Source: Blastocatellia bacterium
GTDB lineage: Bacteria; Acidobacteriota; Blastocatellia; UBA7656
Direction of reading: 5' to 3'
Assembly (NCBI GenBank): GCA_035455165.1
Contig: DATIFP010000007.1
Coordinates: 9,631-73,630, forward strand
Length of the DNA: 64,000 bases
The translations under genes and the position numbers were made by a program. Of this stretch, positions 9,419 to 17,718 are shown piece by piece. Every line of letters begins with the position of its first letter. The stretch's first letter is position 1. The notes under the pieces are model-generated. The model made no database searches. It was not told the origin of the DNA and worked only from the letters and a program-made list of their open reading frames with translations.

Positions 9419-11563
9419 TTATTTGCCTCCCTTCTGCTCGAGAGCCGCGAGCACTCGGTCAGGCGTTAACGGCAGGGTGGGGACTCGCACTCCGATGGCG
9501 TTCGCCACCGCGTTCGAGATCACCGCGCCGGGCGAAACTACCGGGGGTTCGCCCAGGCCAATCACCCCGCGTTCGTCGTAGCCCTTGCCGGTCATCATGT
9601 GAACCACCAGATCGCCGATGTCTCCGATCCCCGCCAGCTTGTAGAACTCCATGTTCGGGTTCAGCATCCGGCCGGTCTTCGCGTCCATGATCTTTTCTTC
9701 ATAGAGCGCGTAGCAGACGCCCATAATCAAGGCGCCGTAGACCTGGCTTTCGGCGGTCTTGAGATCGATGATCAATCCGCAATCCTGCACGGCAACGATC
9801 TTATTGATTCGAACGATACCGGTTTCGATATCGACCGAAACATCCGCCATCTGGACGCCGCCTACGCCCTGGTCGGTCAGCTTGCCCGGTCCCGGATTCT
9901 TGCCGCGAACGGTGATTGGAGTCACGCCGAGCTTCGAGCAGGCCTGAGCCCACGTCAACGACTTTGCCGGATTGCTCTTCACTCGGATCACTCCCCCGGC
10001 AGCTTCCAAATCCTCCGGCTTCGCGTCGAGAGCGGGAGCAGCTTTGGCGAAGATCTGATCGAGCGCATCGAGCGACGCGCGTCGCGAAGAAGCGCTGACC
10101 CCGCCGATGGTCGTGCTTCCACCGGAACCCTGGGACGGCGGGAAGCGGCTGTCGCCGATCGATATCTTCACCTTGTCCATTGGCAGGCCGAGCGTGTCGG
10201 CGACTACGATATTCAGCGCAGTCCGAGTTCCGGTTCCGAGATCCTGAGTGCCCATCTTCAACTCGACCGAACCGTCCGGTTGAATGATCAGGTCGCAATC
10301 GCTCGGATGACCCTGTCCGCCCCACGTGTGAATCGACAGGCCGAGTCCCCGTTTGACCGGGCCGGCGCCTTCGTCGCCGCGCGGGTGCCAGTTACTCTTC
10401 CAGCCGATCAGATCGGCCGCGATCTTCATCTCGTCTTCGTAGATTCGAGCGCGTTGGCCGGTCATCTCGATGTTCTTCAGGAAGAAGTCATGCGGATCCA
10501 TGCCGATCGCGGCTGCCGCGTCCTCGAGGGCCGCCATGGTGATGGCGCAGCCTTGCGGATGGGACGGTGCGCGCCACGCTCTTGCGCTGCCTATGTGATT
10601 GACGATCGCGGTGTGCTGCCTGCGCTGGTTGGGGATGTTGAAGATGTACGGTAAAGGCGGCGATCCTCCGCTTCCCAGTCCGCCGCTCGCCCACGATTGA
10701 GACTCCCACGCGGTAATCGTTCCGTCCTTCTTAAGCCCAACCTTGACTCTGGCGTAGGCCGAGGGCCGCGCGCCGGCGACCATCAACTCGGCTTCGCGGT
10801 CGTTGAACATCTTTACGGGCTTGCCGCCGGCCTTCTTGGAAAGTCGCGCGGCGGTGATATCCCACTCATCCGGACCGAACTTGCTGCCGAACCCGCCGCC
10901 GACGTGATCTTGCTGGACCCGAACGTTGGTTGCGGGAATCTCGAGCGGTCGGGCGATAGCCGCCACCGACGGGGTGACGGCCTGAGTCGACAGATGCGCA
11001 AGCACATTCTGGTCGCCCTCCCACTCCATCACCGAACCGTGCGGCTCCAGGCAACAGTGAGTGATCACCGGCAGTCCGTACATTCCCTCGACGGTAACTT
11101 CAGCCTCGCTGAAGCCTTTGTCGGGATCGCCGAGCTTGTTTTCGTTTGCGGGCCGCGCGTATTCACCGGCCATCTTTGGATCCGTGTCGACGACCAGATG
11201 CGGCAGCACCTCGTATTCGACCTTGATCGCGCGCATCGCGTCTTCAGCGGTGGGCTCGTCCACCGCGGCAAGAGCCACGACCGAAGCTCCCACCCAGTTA
11301 AGCTCGGCCGTCGGCTTGCCCGGCTCAGCCATAACGTGGATGGCTTTGACGCCCGGCATCGACTCAGCCGCGCTGGTATCGATGCTCTTGACTCGCGCGT
11401 GAGCATGCGGGCTGCGGACGATCCTGCCGAAGAGCATTCCGGGCCGATTGATGTCGAAAGAGTACTTCGCGCGGCCGGAGACCTTTTGGGGTCCGTCGAT
11501 TCTGGAAATGCGCTTGCCGATGAAGGTGCGCTTATCCGCATCCGGCCATTTATATTCAGCCAT
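9419..11563 (-). CDS. Xanthine dehydrogenase family molybdopterin-binding large subunit (PaoC-like aldehyde oxidoreductase)
   Basis: ORF 9419..11710. ATG at 11563 ('MAEYKWPD...') preceded by an AGGAGG RBS. 'FGRIVRSPHAHARV' and 'GGGFG' Mo-hydroxylase motifs. Confidence 0.9.
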   Translation of the reverse strand: MAEYKWPDADKRTFIGKRISRIDGPQKVSGRAKYSFDINRPGMLFGRIVRSPHAHARVKSIDTSAAESMPGVKAIHVMAEPGKPTAELNWVGASVVALAAVDEPTAEDAMRAIKVEYEVLPHLVVDTDPKMAGEYARPANENKLGDPDKGFSEAEVTVEGMYGLPVITHCCLEPHGSVMEWEGDQNVLAHLSTQAVTPSVAAIARPLEIPATNVRVQQDHVGGGFGSKFGPDEWDITAARLSKKAGGKPVKMFNDREAELMVAGARPSAYARVKVGLKKDGTITAWESQSWASGGLGSGGSPPLPYIFNIPNQRRQHTAIVNHIGSARAWRAPSHPQGCAITMAALEDAAAAIGMDPHDFFLKNIEMTGQRARIYEDEMKIAADLIGWKSNWHPRGDEGAGPVKRGLGLSIHTWGGQGHPSDCDLIIQPDGSVELKMGTQDLGTGTRTALNIVVADTLGLPMDKVKISIGDSRFPPSQGSGGSTTIGGVSASSRRASLDALDQIFAKAAPALDAKPEDLEAAGGVIRVKSNPAKSLTWAQACSKLGVTPITVRGKNPGPGKLTDQGVGGVQMADVSVDIETGIVRINKIVAVQDCGLIIDLKTAESQVYGALIMGVCYALYEEKIMDAKTGRMLNPNMEFYKLAGIGDIGDLVVHMMTGKGYDERGVIGLGEPPVVSPGAVISNAVANAIGVRVPTLPLTPDRVLAALEQKGGK

Positions 11564-12185
11564 TGCGCGGCCCTCCTTTCTGCGCGGTTTGCGCAACCGC
11601 GGCGCGCACGCCCATGTACGTGCCGCACCTGCAGAGATTTCCTCCGAGTCCCTCCTTGATCTGATCCGCAGTAGGGCTCGGGTTCTTGTCGAGGAACGCC
11701 TTGCTTGCAACTACGAACCCCGGAGTGCAGAAGCCGCATTGCTGGGCGTCGTTGTCAATGAACGCCTGCTGGATCGGATGCAGCTTGTCGCCCTGTAGCA
11801 ACCCTTCGACGGTCGTGATCTGTTTGCCCTGCGCTTCAATTGCGAGGACCGAGCACGAATACACCGGCTTGCCGTCGACAATCATCGTGCAAGCTCCGCA
11901 GGTAGCGCGATCGCATACGCGCTTGGCTCCGGTGATGTCCAGATCGTTGCGCAGTGCGTCGAGCAGCGTCACTCGCGGCTCCACATTCACCGTGGACGTT
12001 TTGCCGTTGATCGTCAGCTGAATTGGGACCTTGGCCGGGCCGTACACCTTGACGTCGGCTCCGGCCACTTTGATGACTCGATGACCAATCACGAGCGGGA
12101 CCGACAGCGAGATGCCGGACACCTTCAAGAAGCTGCGTCGCGATAGCCCCGAGCCTTTCTCTTTCAGATCGTCATCATCTTGCAT
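11556..12185 (-). CDS. (2Fe-2S)-binding small subunit with Tat signal (PaoA-like)
   Basis: ATG at 12185 after an AGGAGG RBS. 'SRRSFLK' twin-arginine motif. Cys clusters 'CDRATCGACT' and 'CGFCTPG...CRCGTY'. 8-nt overlap with the large subunit. Confidence 0.85.
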   Translation of the reverse strand: MQDDDDLKEKGSGLSRRSFLKVSGISLSVPLVIGHRVIKVAGADVKVYGPAKVPIQLTINGKTSTVNVEPRVTLLDALRNDLDITGAKRVCDRATCGACTMIVDGKPVYSCSVLAIEAQGKQITTVEGLLQGDKLHPIQQAFIDNDAQQCGFCTPGFVVASKAFLDKNPSPTADQIKEGLGGNLCRCGTYMGVRAAVAQTAQKGGPRNG

Positions 12186-12203
12186 CCTCGCCTCCTTTGA
12201 ATT

Positions 12204-12282
12204 GTCCGACAAACTTCAGTTTGTCGTTTCTTCCTGAGTGCGGTCGCTTCTAGATCCTTCGCCAAACTGAAGTTTGTCGGAC
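12204..12282. promoter_or_regulatory. Perfect 20-bp inverted repeat (39-nt spacer) embedding an 8-4-8 palindrome; candidate operator or RNA stem ahead of the Mo-hydroxylase operon
   Basis: 12204-12223 'gtccgacaaacttcagtttg' vs 12263-12282 'caaactgaagtttgtcggac'. Local palindrome cgacaaac-ttca-gtttgtcg at 12207-12226. Confidence 0.5.
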
Positions 12283-12292
12283 TTCGCCGAAT

Positions 12293-12748
12293 CTACGGCG
12301 GTGTTTCTCTAAACTCGAGTTCGTTACGACAACAAGGGCAAAGCCCTGGCGTGTAGGCCTTGATGTTGCAGAGCTCGCAGAAGTAATAAATATCGTAGAG
12401 CTTGCCTTCGATTATCGACTGCACCTTGATTAGTTCCAGTTGGTCCGCGCCATGAAGCCGGCCGGTGATTTGAAGCTCGCGCTCGCGTACTCGAGAATCT
12501 GTGAAGACCGGAGTCATCGTATCGGTCGGCAGGAACTTGTAGAGCTTTCCCTCACGACTCGCCAAACCAAAGCGCGGATTCGGCTGGTTGCAAGCAAAGG
12601 GCGAATCAACCGGTCGCCCCTGGGCGTCAAGGCAGACGACGCGCCCTTTCGTAACTACGAATCGCTCGTCCTGGAAACTCGCCGCCGGCGATGAGAGTAG
12701 AGCCAAGCTGGCGAAAACCACCACAAGCGAGCTTAGGAATCGACTCAT
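12293..12748 (-). CDS. Hypothetical secreted Cys-rich protein
   Basis: Signal peptide 'MSRFLSSLVVVFASLALLSSPAASF'. C-terminal 'CELCN...CPCC' cluster. Same strand as, and immediately upstream of, the Mo-hydroxylase genes. Confidence 0.5.
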   Translation of the reverse strand: MSRFLSSLVVVFASLALLSSPAASFQDERFVVTKGRVVCLDAQGRPVDSPFACNQPNPRFGLASREGKLYKFLPTDTMTPVFTDSRVRERELQITGRLHGADQLELIKVQSIIEGKLYDIYYFCELCNIKAYTPGLCPCCRNELEFRETPP

Positions 12749-13028
12749 TTGCGGCTCTTAAAACCTGAAACGAACAGCTCGCTATCCTGTGAGCGGGTGT
12801 GTTGAGGCACAGGAAAGTCCACTGAAAGCCGACCCACTATAATACGATTATCCTCGTCACCGCCTCGACTTGCTTCGGCCGCTACCTTACCATAGTCGAG
12901 GTTGGTCGAGCAACGAAGCAGAGCCCTCACGGAAGCCGTAACGATTTGGAAGCGGCCCACGTAACTGTGTTGGTGTGCTTGCGTCGCGATCGGACGTAAC
13001 GGAGCCTGGCGAGTTGCCCACGGAAGCC

Positions 13029-14267
13029 ATGACGAGCGTCGATCCAACAGAAGACCTGGCCGCTTTGAACCCTATCGATTCCACCGAAGCCGCAAAGGAA
13101 TCGTGGGAAGTGGTTGTCGTGGGAGCCGGCCCTGCGGGCTCCATGGCCGCTCTTCACCTCGCGAAACGCGGACACCGGACTCTCCTGCTCGACAAGGACA
13201 GCTTCCCCCGAGACAAGGTCTGTGGTGACGGGTTGATCGCCGACTCGGTTCGATGTCTTGCGAGGGCCGGGCTGTACGACGAGATCCGCGCGCGCAGCCG
13301 CAAGTCGGACATCGGAACTGTCTACAGCCCGTCGAGAGTCTCCTTCGACGTGCCTGGCGAGTTCCTTACGCTCAAGCGCGTTCACCTCGACGCTCTGATC
13401 GTCAAGAAGGCGGTGGAGTACGGAGCGGTCTTTTGCCAATCGCGGGCTACAGGAGTCGAGGTCCAACCGAATTCGGAGCTTCTTGTCTCGCTCGAAGGGG
13501 CCCCCACCGCCGTCGCTGCGCGAATTGTCTTCCTGGCGACGGGAGCAAACGTCGATGTGCCGTCGAAGCTCGGGCTCGTGACTGAACGACACCCAAGCGC
13601 AATAGCGCTGCGGTGCTATGTTCGATCGCCGATCGTCCTTGATCGGCTCGTTGTGTCGTACGATCGGTCTATCACTCCGGGCTACGCGTGGATCTTTCCG
13701 CTTGCGGATGGCGAGTTCAATATCGGGTGCGGTGTAAACTACCGGCGGCGTTCGAACTCGACTGTGAACCTGCGCGAGGCGTTCAAGTCATTTGTAGAGA
13801 ATTTTCCACTGGCGGCTGAGATTGTTCGTCACGCGGAAACGATCTCTCCGCTGCGGGGAGCAATGCTTCGCTGCGGCTTGAGTGGCACTAAGCCACTGGG
13901 TCCCGGCAACACTCTCGTATTGGGTGAGAGCATCGGCGCTACATTTCCCTTCACCGGCGAAGGAATCGGCAAGGCGATGGAGACGGGAGAAATCGCAGCA
14001 GAAGTCGCCGATGAAGCGCTGACGACCGGGGACTTTGAACGACTTCGCGACTTCCCTCGTCGAATAGAGCAGGAACTCAAGCCGAAGTTCCTGGGTTATA
14101 GGATTGCCGAGAACTGGTTCTCGCGCCCGTGGCTGAATGATTTCGTCGCGAGGCGTATTCGCCGAAGCCGCTTCCTCCAGGAGTTGGTGGCGGGAATTGT
14201 TAATGAGACGGTCGATCCGCGCGAAGTCTTCTCGCTGCGCGGTATGATTCGCTCATTCGTGAGTTGA
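13029..14267 (+). CDS. FAD-dependent oxidoreductase, geranylgeranyl reductase family
   Basis: 'VVVVGAGPAGSMAALHLAKRG' dinucleotide-binding motif. 'KVCGDGL' typical of the geranylgeranyl reductase family. Confidence 0.7.
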   Translation: MTSVDPTEDLAALNPIDSTEAAKESWEVVVVGAGPAGSMAALHLAKRGHRTLLLDKDSFPRDKVCGDGLIADSVRCLARAGLYDEIRARSRKSDIGTVYSPSRVSFDVPGEFLTLKRVHLDALIVKKAVEYGAVFCQSRATGVEVQPNSELLVSLEGAPTAVAARIVFLATGANVDVPSKLGLVTERHPSAIALRCYVRSPIVLDRLVVSYDRSITPGYAWIFPLADGEFNIGCGVNYRRRSNSTVNLREAFKSFVENFPLAAEIVRHAETISPLRGAMLRCGLSGTKPLGPGNTLVLGESIGATFPFTGEGIGKAMETGEIAAEVADEALTTGDFERLRDFPRRIEQELKPKFLGYRIAENWFSRPWLNDFVARRIRRSRFLQELVAGIVNETVDPREVFSLRGMIRSFVS

Positions 14268-14330
14268 ACCAACCCACCGCTGTTCGGAAGCCCTCCCGCT
14301 TCCGGCAAACTGCCGGATCGTTCACACTCC

Positions 14331-14549
14331 TCACGTTCCACCGAAGCCGATCGTCACTTGTCCGTCCTCCACGATAGTCGGCACCTTGCGCTGACCTCTC
14401 GAATAGCCGAGCATCTCCCTCAGCCGGTCTGCGTTTTTCTTTACGTCGAAGTACTGAACCGAATAACCACGCTGGCCATAGTCCTCACGGGCGGCCGCGG
14501 TGTACGGTCAGCCATCCTTGCCGAAGATCGATACTCTTCTTTTGCTCAT
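14331..14549 (-). CDS. Glutaredoxin-like protein (YruB-type) with in-frame TGA at the catalytic Cys position; candidate selenoprotein (U-P-Y-T)
   Basis: Manual reverse-complement translation: MSKRRVSIFGKDG-[TGA]-PYTAAAREDYGQRGYSVQYFDVKKNADRLREMLGYSRGQRKVPTIVEDGQVTIGFGGT*. GGAAGGAGAGAGG RBS upstream. TGA at 14510..14508. Not in the ORF track because it is split by TGA. Confidence 0.55.
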
Positions 14550-14863
14550 ATCCTCTCTCCTTCCTCGGACATTCATTCTGCCACGCCAACCGTCGCTTCG
14601 CACACGGCGTTCAGCGGCGGCGGCACAAAATTGTTGCATATTTGTTAACACAGTAGACCCGGCTTTCGAGCTGTGTTATTGTTAGGCCGATGCGAGATGC
14701 GCGAACGTCGCAGCCCCCGTTCTTCAATGTTCACGAATCGAAATGAGTGACCCTCGCAGGTTCAGACTCACCAGCGGTTCAAAGATAACGTCGCAGTAGC
14801 TGCAACGTCGAAGGCAGGACGCGCATCGGAAGCACAGATCAAAGTAGGACGGTAGCTCGGAAC

Positions 14864-16624
14864 ATGCCAGTATCAACCCCGAGGCTCAGAACTCTCTGGT
14901 TACTCGTTGCCCTCCTTCTCACCGTCACGCTCGCGTCGATAGAGCCCGCCAATGCCAGCCCAAAGGCGAAAAAGGCTGCGGCTCGGTCGAAGGGCAAAGT
15001 CTCGAAAAGCAAATCGAAAACAGCTTCTCGACTGAGCGCTCGACGCGGCGGTTCGCGATCCAAGCGCCTCAGTGCGAGGTCCGCGAGGAGGGGTGGACGC
15101 CTCTATGCTCGCGGACGTGGCCGCCGGTCGCGGTGGAAGAAGCGCGTAGTCGCAAGCGTACACGGTGTCGGGGTTCACACCTTTCTGAGCAACTCATGGA
15201 CCGAGCAAGTCGGATCTCCCGACAAGATGTCTCCCGCCTCGAACTCTGCCGATCCATCGACTAATCCCGGTGCAGGCGACGCTACGGTCAAGCCTGTGAG
15301 TCAACCGGGTGTTTTGACTCTGCCGGCTGCTTCCGCGCCGGAGGACGTGACCAGACCCCGGCTCGCGAATGCTGACGCGCCCGCGGAGCCGCCGCTGAAT
15401 CCCCTCGTTGCGGCTTACGCAGACAGCCTGGCAGCGTTCGGCTTCAGCGCTGACAACCAGGGATTCATTGTCACTACGCTGAAGGGCGAGGTGCTTGCCG
15501 AACACAATGCCGATCGGTTGTTCAATCCGGCTTCGGTCACCAAGATCGCTACCTCGCTGACCGCCATATCCCGGCTCGGGCCTGACTTCAAGTTTCGAAC
15601 TTCTCTGTACACGGACGGCACGCTTGATCCTGCCACTGGAATCCTGCACGGCTCGCTGTACGTGATCGGAAGCGGCGACCCGGCCTTGTTTCCCGAGAAC
15701 GCGATGATGATCGCTGATAAATTGAATCGAAGCGGGATTCGCGAGGTCGACGGGAACCTGGTGGTGCTCGGCCAGTTCTTCTTCATGTTCTCCGCGTCCC
15801 GCGAGGCGTCCGCGAAGGCCTTTCGGGCAGTGCTCACGCCGGACACCTGGAGTCCGCAGGTTAAGGCTTCGTATCAACGTTTCCTTGCTATTCGGGCCGC
15901 CGAAGATCGCGAAGCGAATCGTCAAGCGCCGGCGCTTTCCGGTCCTCCCGGTCTAAAGATCACCGGACAGACAATCACGGACCCAGGCGTGAACACGTCC
16001 AAGCTCTCGCCGCTGGCGGTTCATACGTCGCTTCCGCTTTTGAGAGTGCTGAAGGGCTTGAATGACTTCTCAAATAACTGGATGGCCACGGTCATCGGAA
16101 ATCTGGTTGGCGGACCCGACGCAGTGGAGCGTTTTCTGAAGACAGAGGTTGGTTTCAAGGACGATGAGGTGAGCTTTGCGACGTCATCGGGCCTTGGTGC
16201 CAACGCGATCTCGCCGCGCGGAACAATCACAATGCTCCGAAAATTGATCGCGTATCTCGGCAGCAAAGGACTCGGGCCGGAAGAGATTCTTCCGGTGGCC
16301 GGGGTCGATGGAGGCACGCTTGAAAAGCGATTCAACGACGCATACCGGGGCTCTGTGGTAGCAAAGACCGGAACTCTGAGCAGCGTAAGCGCTCTTGCGG
16401 GCGTCGCTTACACCCGGCAGCGAGGTCCGCTGCTGTTTGTGATTTACAATCACGGCGGAAGCGCGCATCGTTTCCGAGCCGCTCAGGACGAAACAATCAA
16501 GAAGCTCATAACTCTCTATGGCGGGCCCGCTCCGGTACGCTACGCTGCAAACGGCCCGGCGCGCGTTTCGGAACGCTCGGTGGAGCAAAGCGCGGCGTCG
16601 CGAGGATCTTCGAATCAGAGGTGA
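14864..16624 (+). CDS. dacB: D-alanyl-D-alanine carboxypeptidase/endopeptidase (PBP4, peptidase S13)
   Basis: 'NPASVTKIAT' SxxK motif and PBP4-family similarity throughout. Unusual ~70-aa Lys/Arg/Ser-rich low-complexity segment after the signal peptide. Confidence 0.8.
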   Translation: MPVSTPRLRTLWLLVALLLTVTLASIEPANASPKAKKAAARSKGKVSKSKSKTASRLSARRGGSRSKRLSARSARRGGRLYARGRGRRSRWKKRVVASVHGVGVHTFLSNSWTEQVGSPDKMSPASNSADPSTNPGAGDATVKPVSQPGVLTLPAASAPEDVTRPRLANADAPAEPPLNPLVAAYADSLAAFGFSADNQGFIVTTLKGEVLAEHNADRLFNPASVTKIATSLTAISRLGPDFKFRTSLYTDGTLDPATGILHGSLYVIGSGDPALFPENAMMIADKLNRSGIREVDGNLVVLGQFFFMFSASREASAKAFRAVLTPDTWSPQVKASYQRFLAIRAAEDREANRQAPALSGPPGLKITGQTITDPGVNTSKLSPLAVHTSLPLLRVLKGLNDFSNNWMATVIGNLVGGPDAVERFLKTEVGFKDDEVSFATSSGLGANAISPRGTITMLRKLIAYLGSKGLGPEEILPVAGVDGGTLEKRFNDAYRGSVVAKTGTLSSVSALAGVAYTRQRGPLLFVIYNHGGSAHRFRAAQDETIKKLITLYGGPAPVRYAANGPARVSERSVEQSAASRGSSNQR

Positions 16625-16631
16625 ATCGGTA

Positions 16632-16826
16632 ATGTCAGGAATTGATTTGTCCAAATCACAGAAGGCCCTGCTGGCCTGGACCGCGGGCTTTCTGCTTCTC
16701 GCCGAAGGCGTAAAGCGACTGCGCATCGAAGGGCGGGCGGCCACGCTCGTTGGGCTTGTCGAGCTTCTTCTCGCGATCGCGACCGGGATTGCATTCGGGT
16801 GGGCAGCGACCGCCAATAGCGAATAG
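16632..16826 (+). CDS. Possible small membrane protein (64 aa)
   Basis: ATG at 16632. One to two hydrophobic helices. No family and no clear RBS. Confidence 0.2.
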   Translation: MSGIDLSKSQKALLAWTAGFLLLAEGVKRLRIEGRAATLVGLVELLLAIATGIAFGWAATANSE

Positions 16827-17136
16827 CAGCACCCAGCCGGCCGTCTCGAAGGTAGCCGATCCCCACAAGTTCCCTTCCGGGATCCGTTGCCTTCATCCCA
16901 CCTTCCAATGCGACCGCATTGACTAAACCAGCCCGCTGTCGCGATTCAAGATCCCAATCGAGTCGCGTATAGCCGGTGTGGAACCCCGTTTTCATCACTC
17001 AAGATCTTGATGCAAATGCGGAAGCTTGCTTTTTGTAAACCGCCACATGATAATCCGACCTTGAGAGCGAAACTGAAACAAGGCTTTTCACGTCAGTAAG
17101 GATAGTATCTCGCCGCAAACGCTTGGCTGCATCTGA

Positions 17137-17622
17137 ATGCCGGACCTTTGGTACATTTGGCTGATCCTCGGCGTGCTGTTCATCGTCGCCGAGATTTTCA
17201 CTTCAGGATTCGTGCTTCTCTGGTTCGGGATAGGGGCCCTGGTGGCGGCTCTGTTAGCGCTTACGGGTCTGGTTGGGCTTCCGATTCAAATCGTAGTCTT
17301 CTTGGTCGTATCAATCGCGCTCACCATCGCATCACGAACCATATTCGAGCGGTTCCTGATGCGCGGTTCGCCCGGGCTAAAGACCGGCATGGAGACGCTG
17401 CCCGGCCAGATGGGCGTGGTGGTTGAACCTTCAAAGGGCGCGCTTCAGGAAGGCGCGGTTCGCGTATTCGGCTCAACCTGGCGAGCATTTCCCGCAGACG
17501 GCGAAGAGCCGTTGCTTGAAGGCGAGCAGGTTCAGATAGAGCGCGTGGAAGGTGCCTCGGTTTACGTCAGGCGAACCGAGGCCGAGCCGTCATGGCGCCA
17601 GCGACATCGACTGAAGGAATGA
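17137..17622 (+). CDS. NfeD-like membrane protein (short form)
   Basis: N-terminal TM helices plus a C-terminal OB-fold-like region. Precedes an SPFH gene, the classic NfeD-stomatin pairing. Confidence 0.8.
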   Translation: MPDLWYIWLILGVLFIVAEIFTSGFVLLWFGIGALVAALLALTGLVGLPIQIVVFLVVSIALTIASRTIFERFLMRGSPGLKTGMETLPGQMGVVVEPSKGALQEGAVRVFGSTWRAFPADGEEPLLEGEQVQIERVEGASVYVRRTEAEPSWRQRHRLKE

Positions 17623-17718
17623 AGGGTTCGTAGTCCCGCATTCATGCGGCATTGCTTGGTCAGCGATAAGATTCCGCCTGAAGGCGGTACTGCAGAGCGG
17701 TAAAAGGAGCGATAGGTT

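Noticed and set aside
16615-16998. 127-aa minus-strand ORF in the dacB/nfeD intergenic region
   Set aside because: The N-terminal part could be real ('MKTGFHTGYTRLDWD...'). However, it overlaps the small +strand ORF antisense, has no RBS and no family. Left unannotated.
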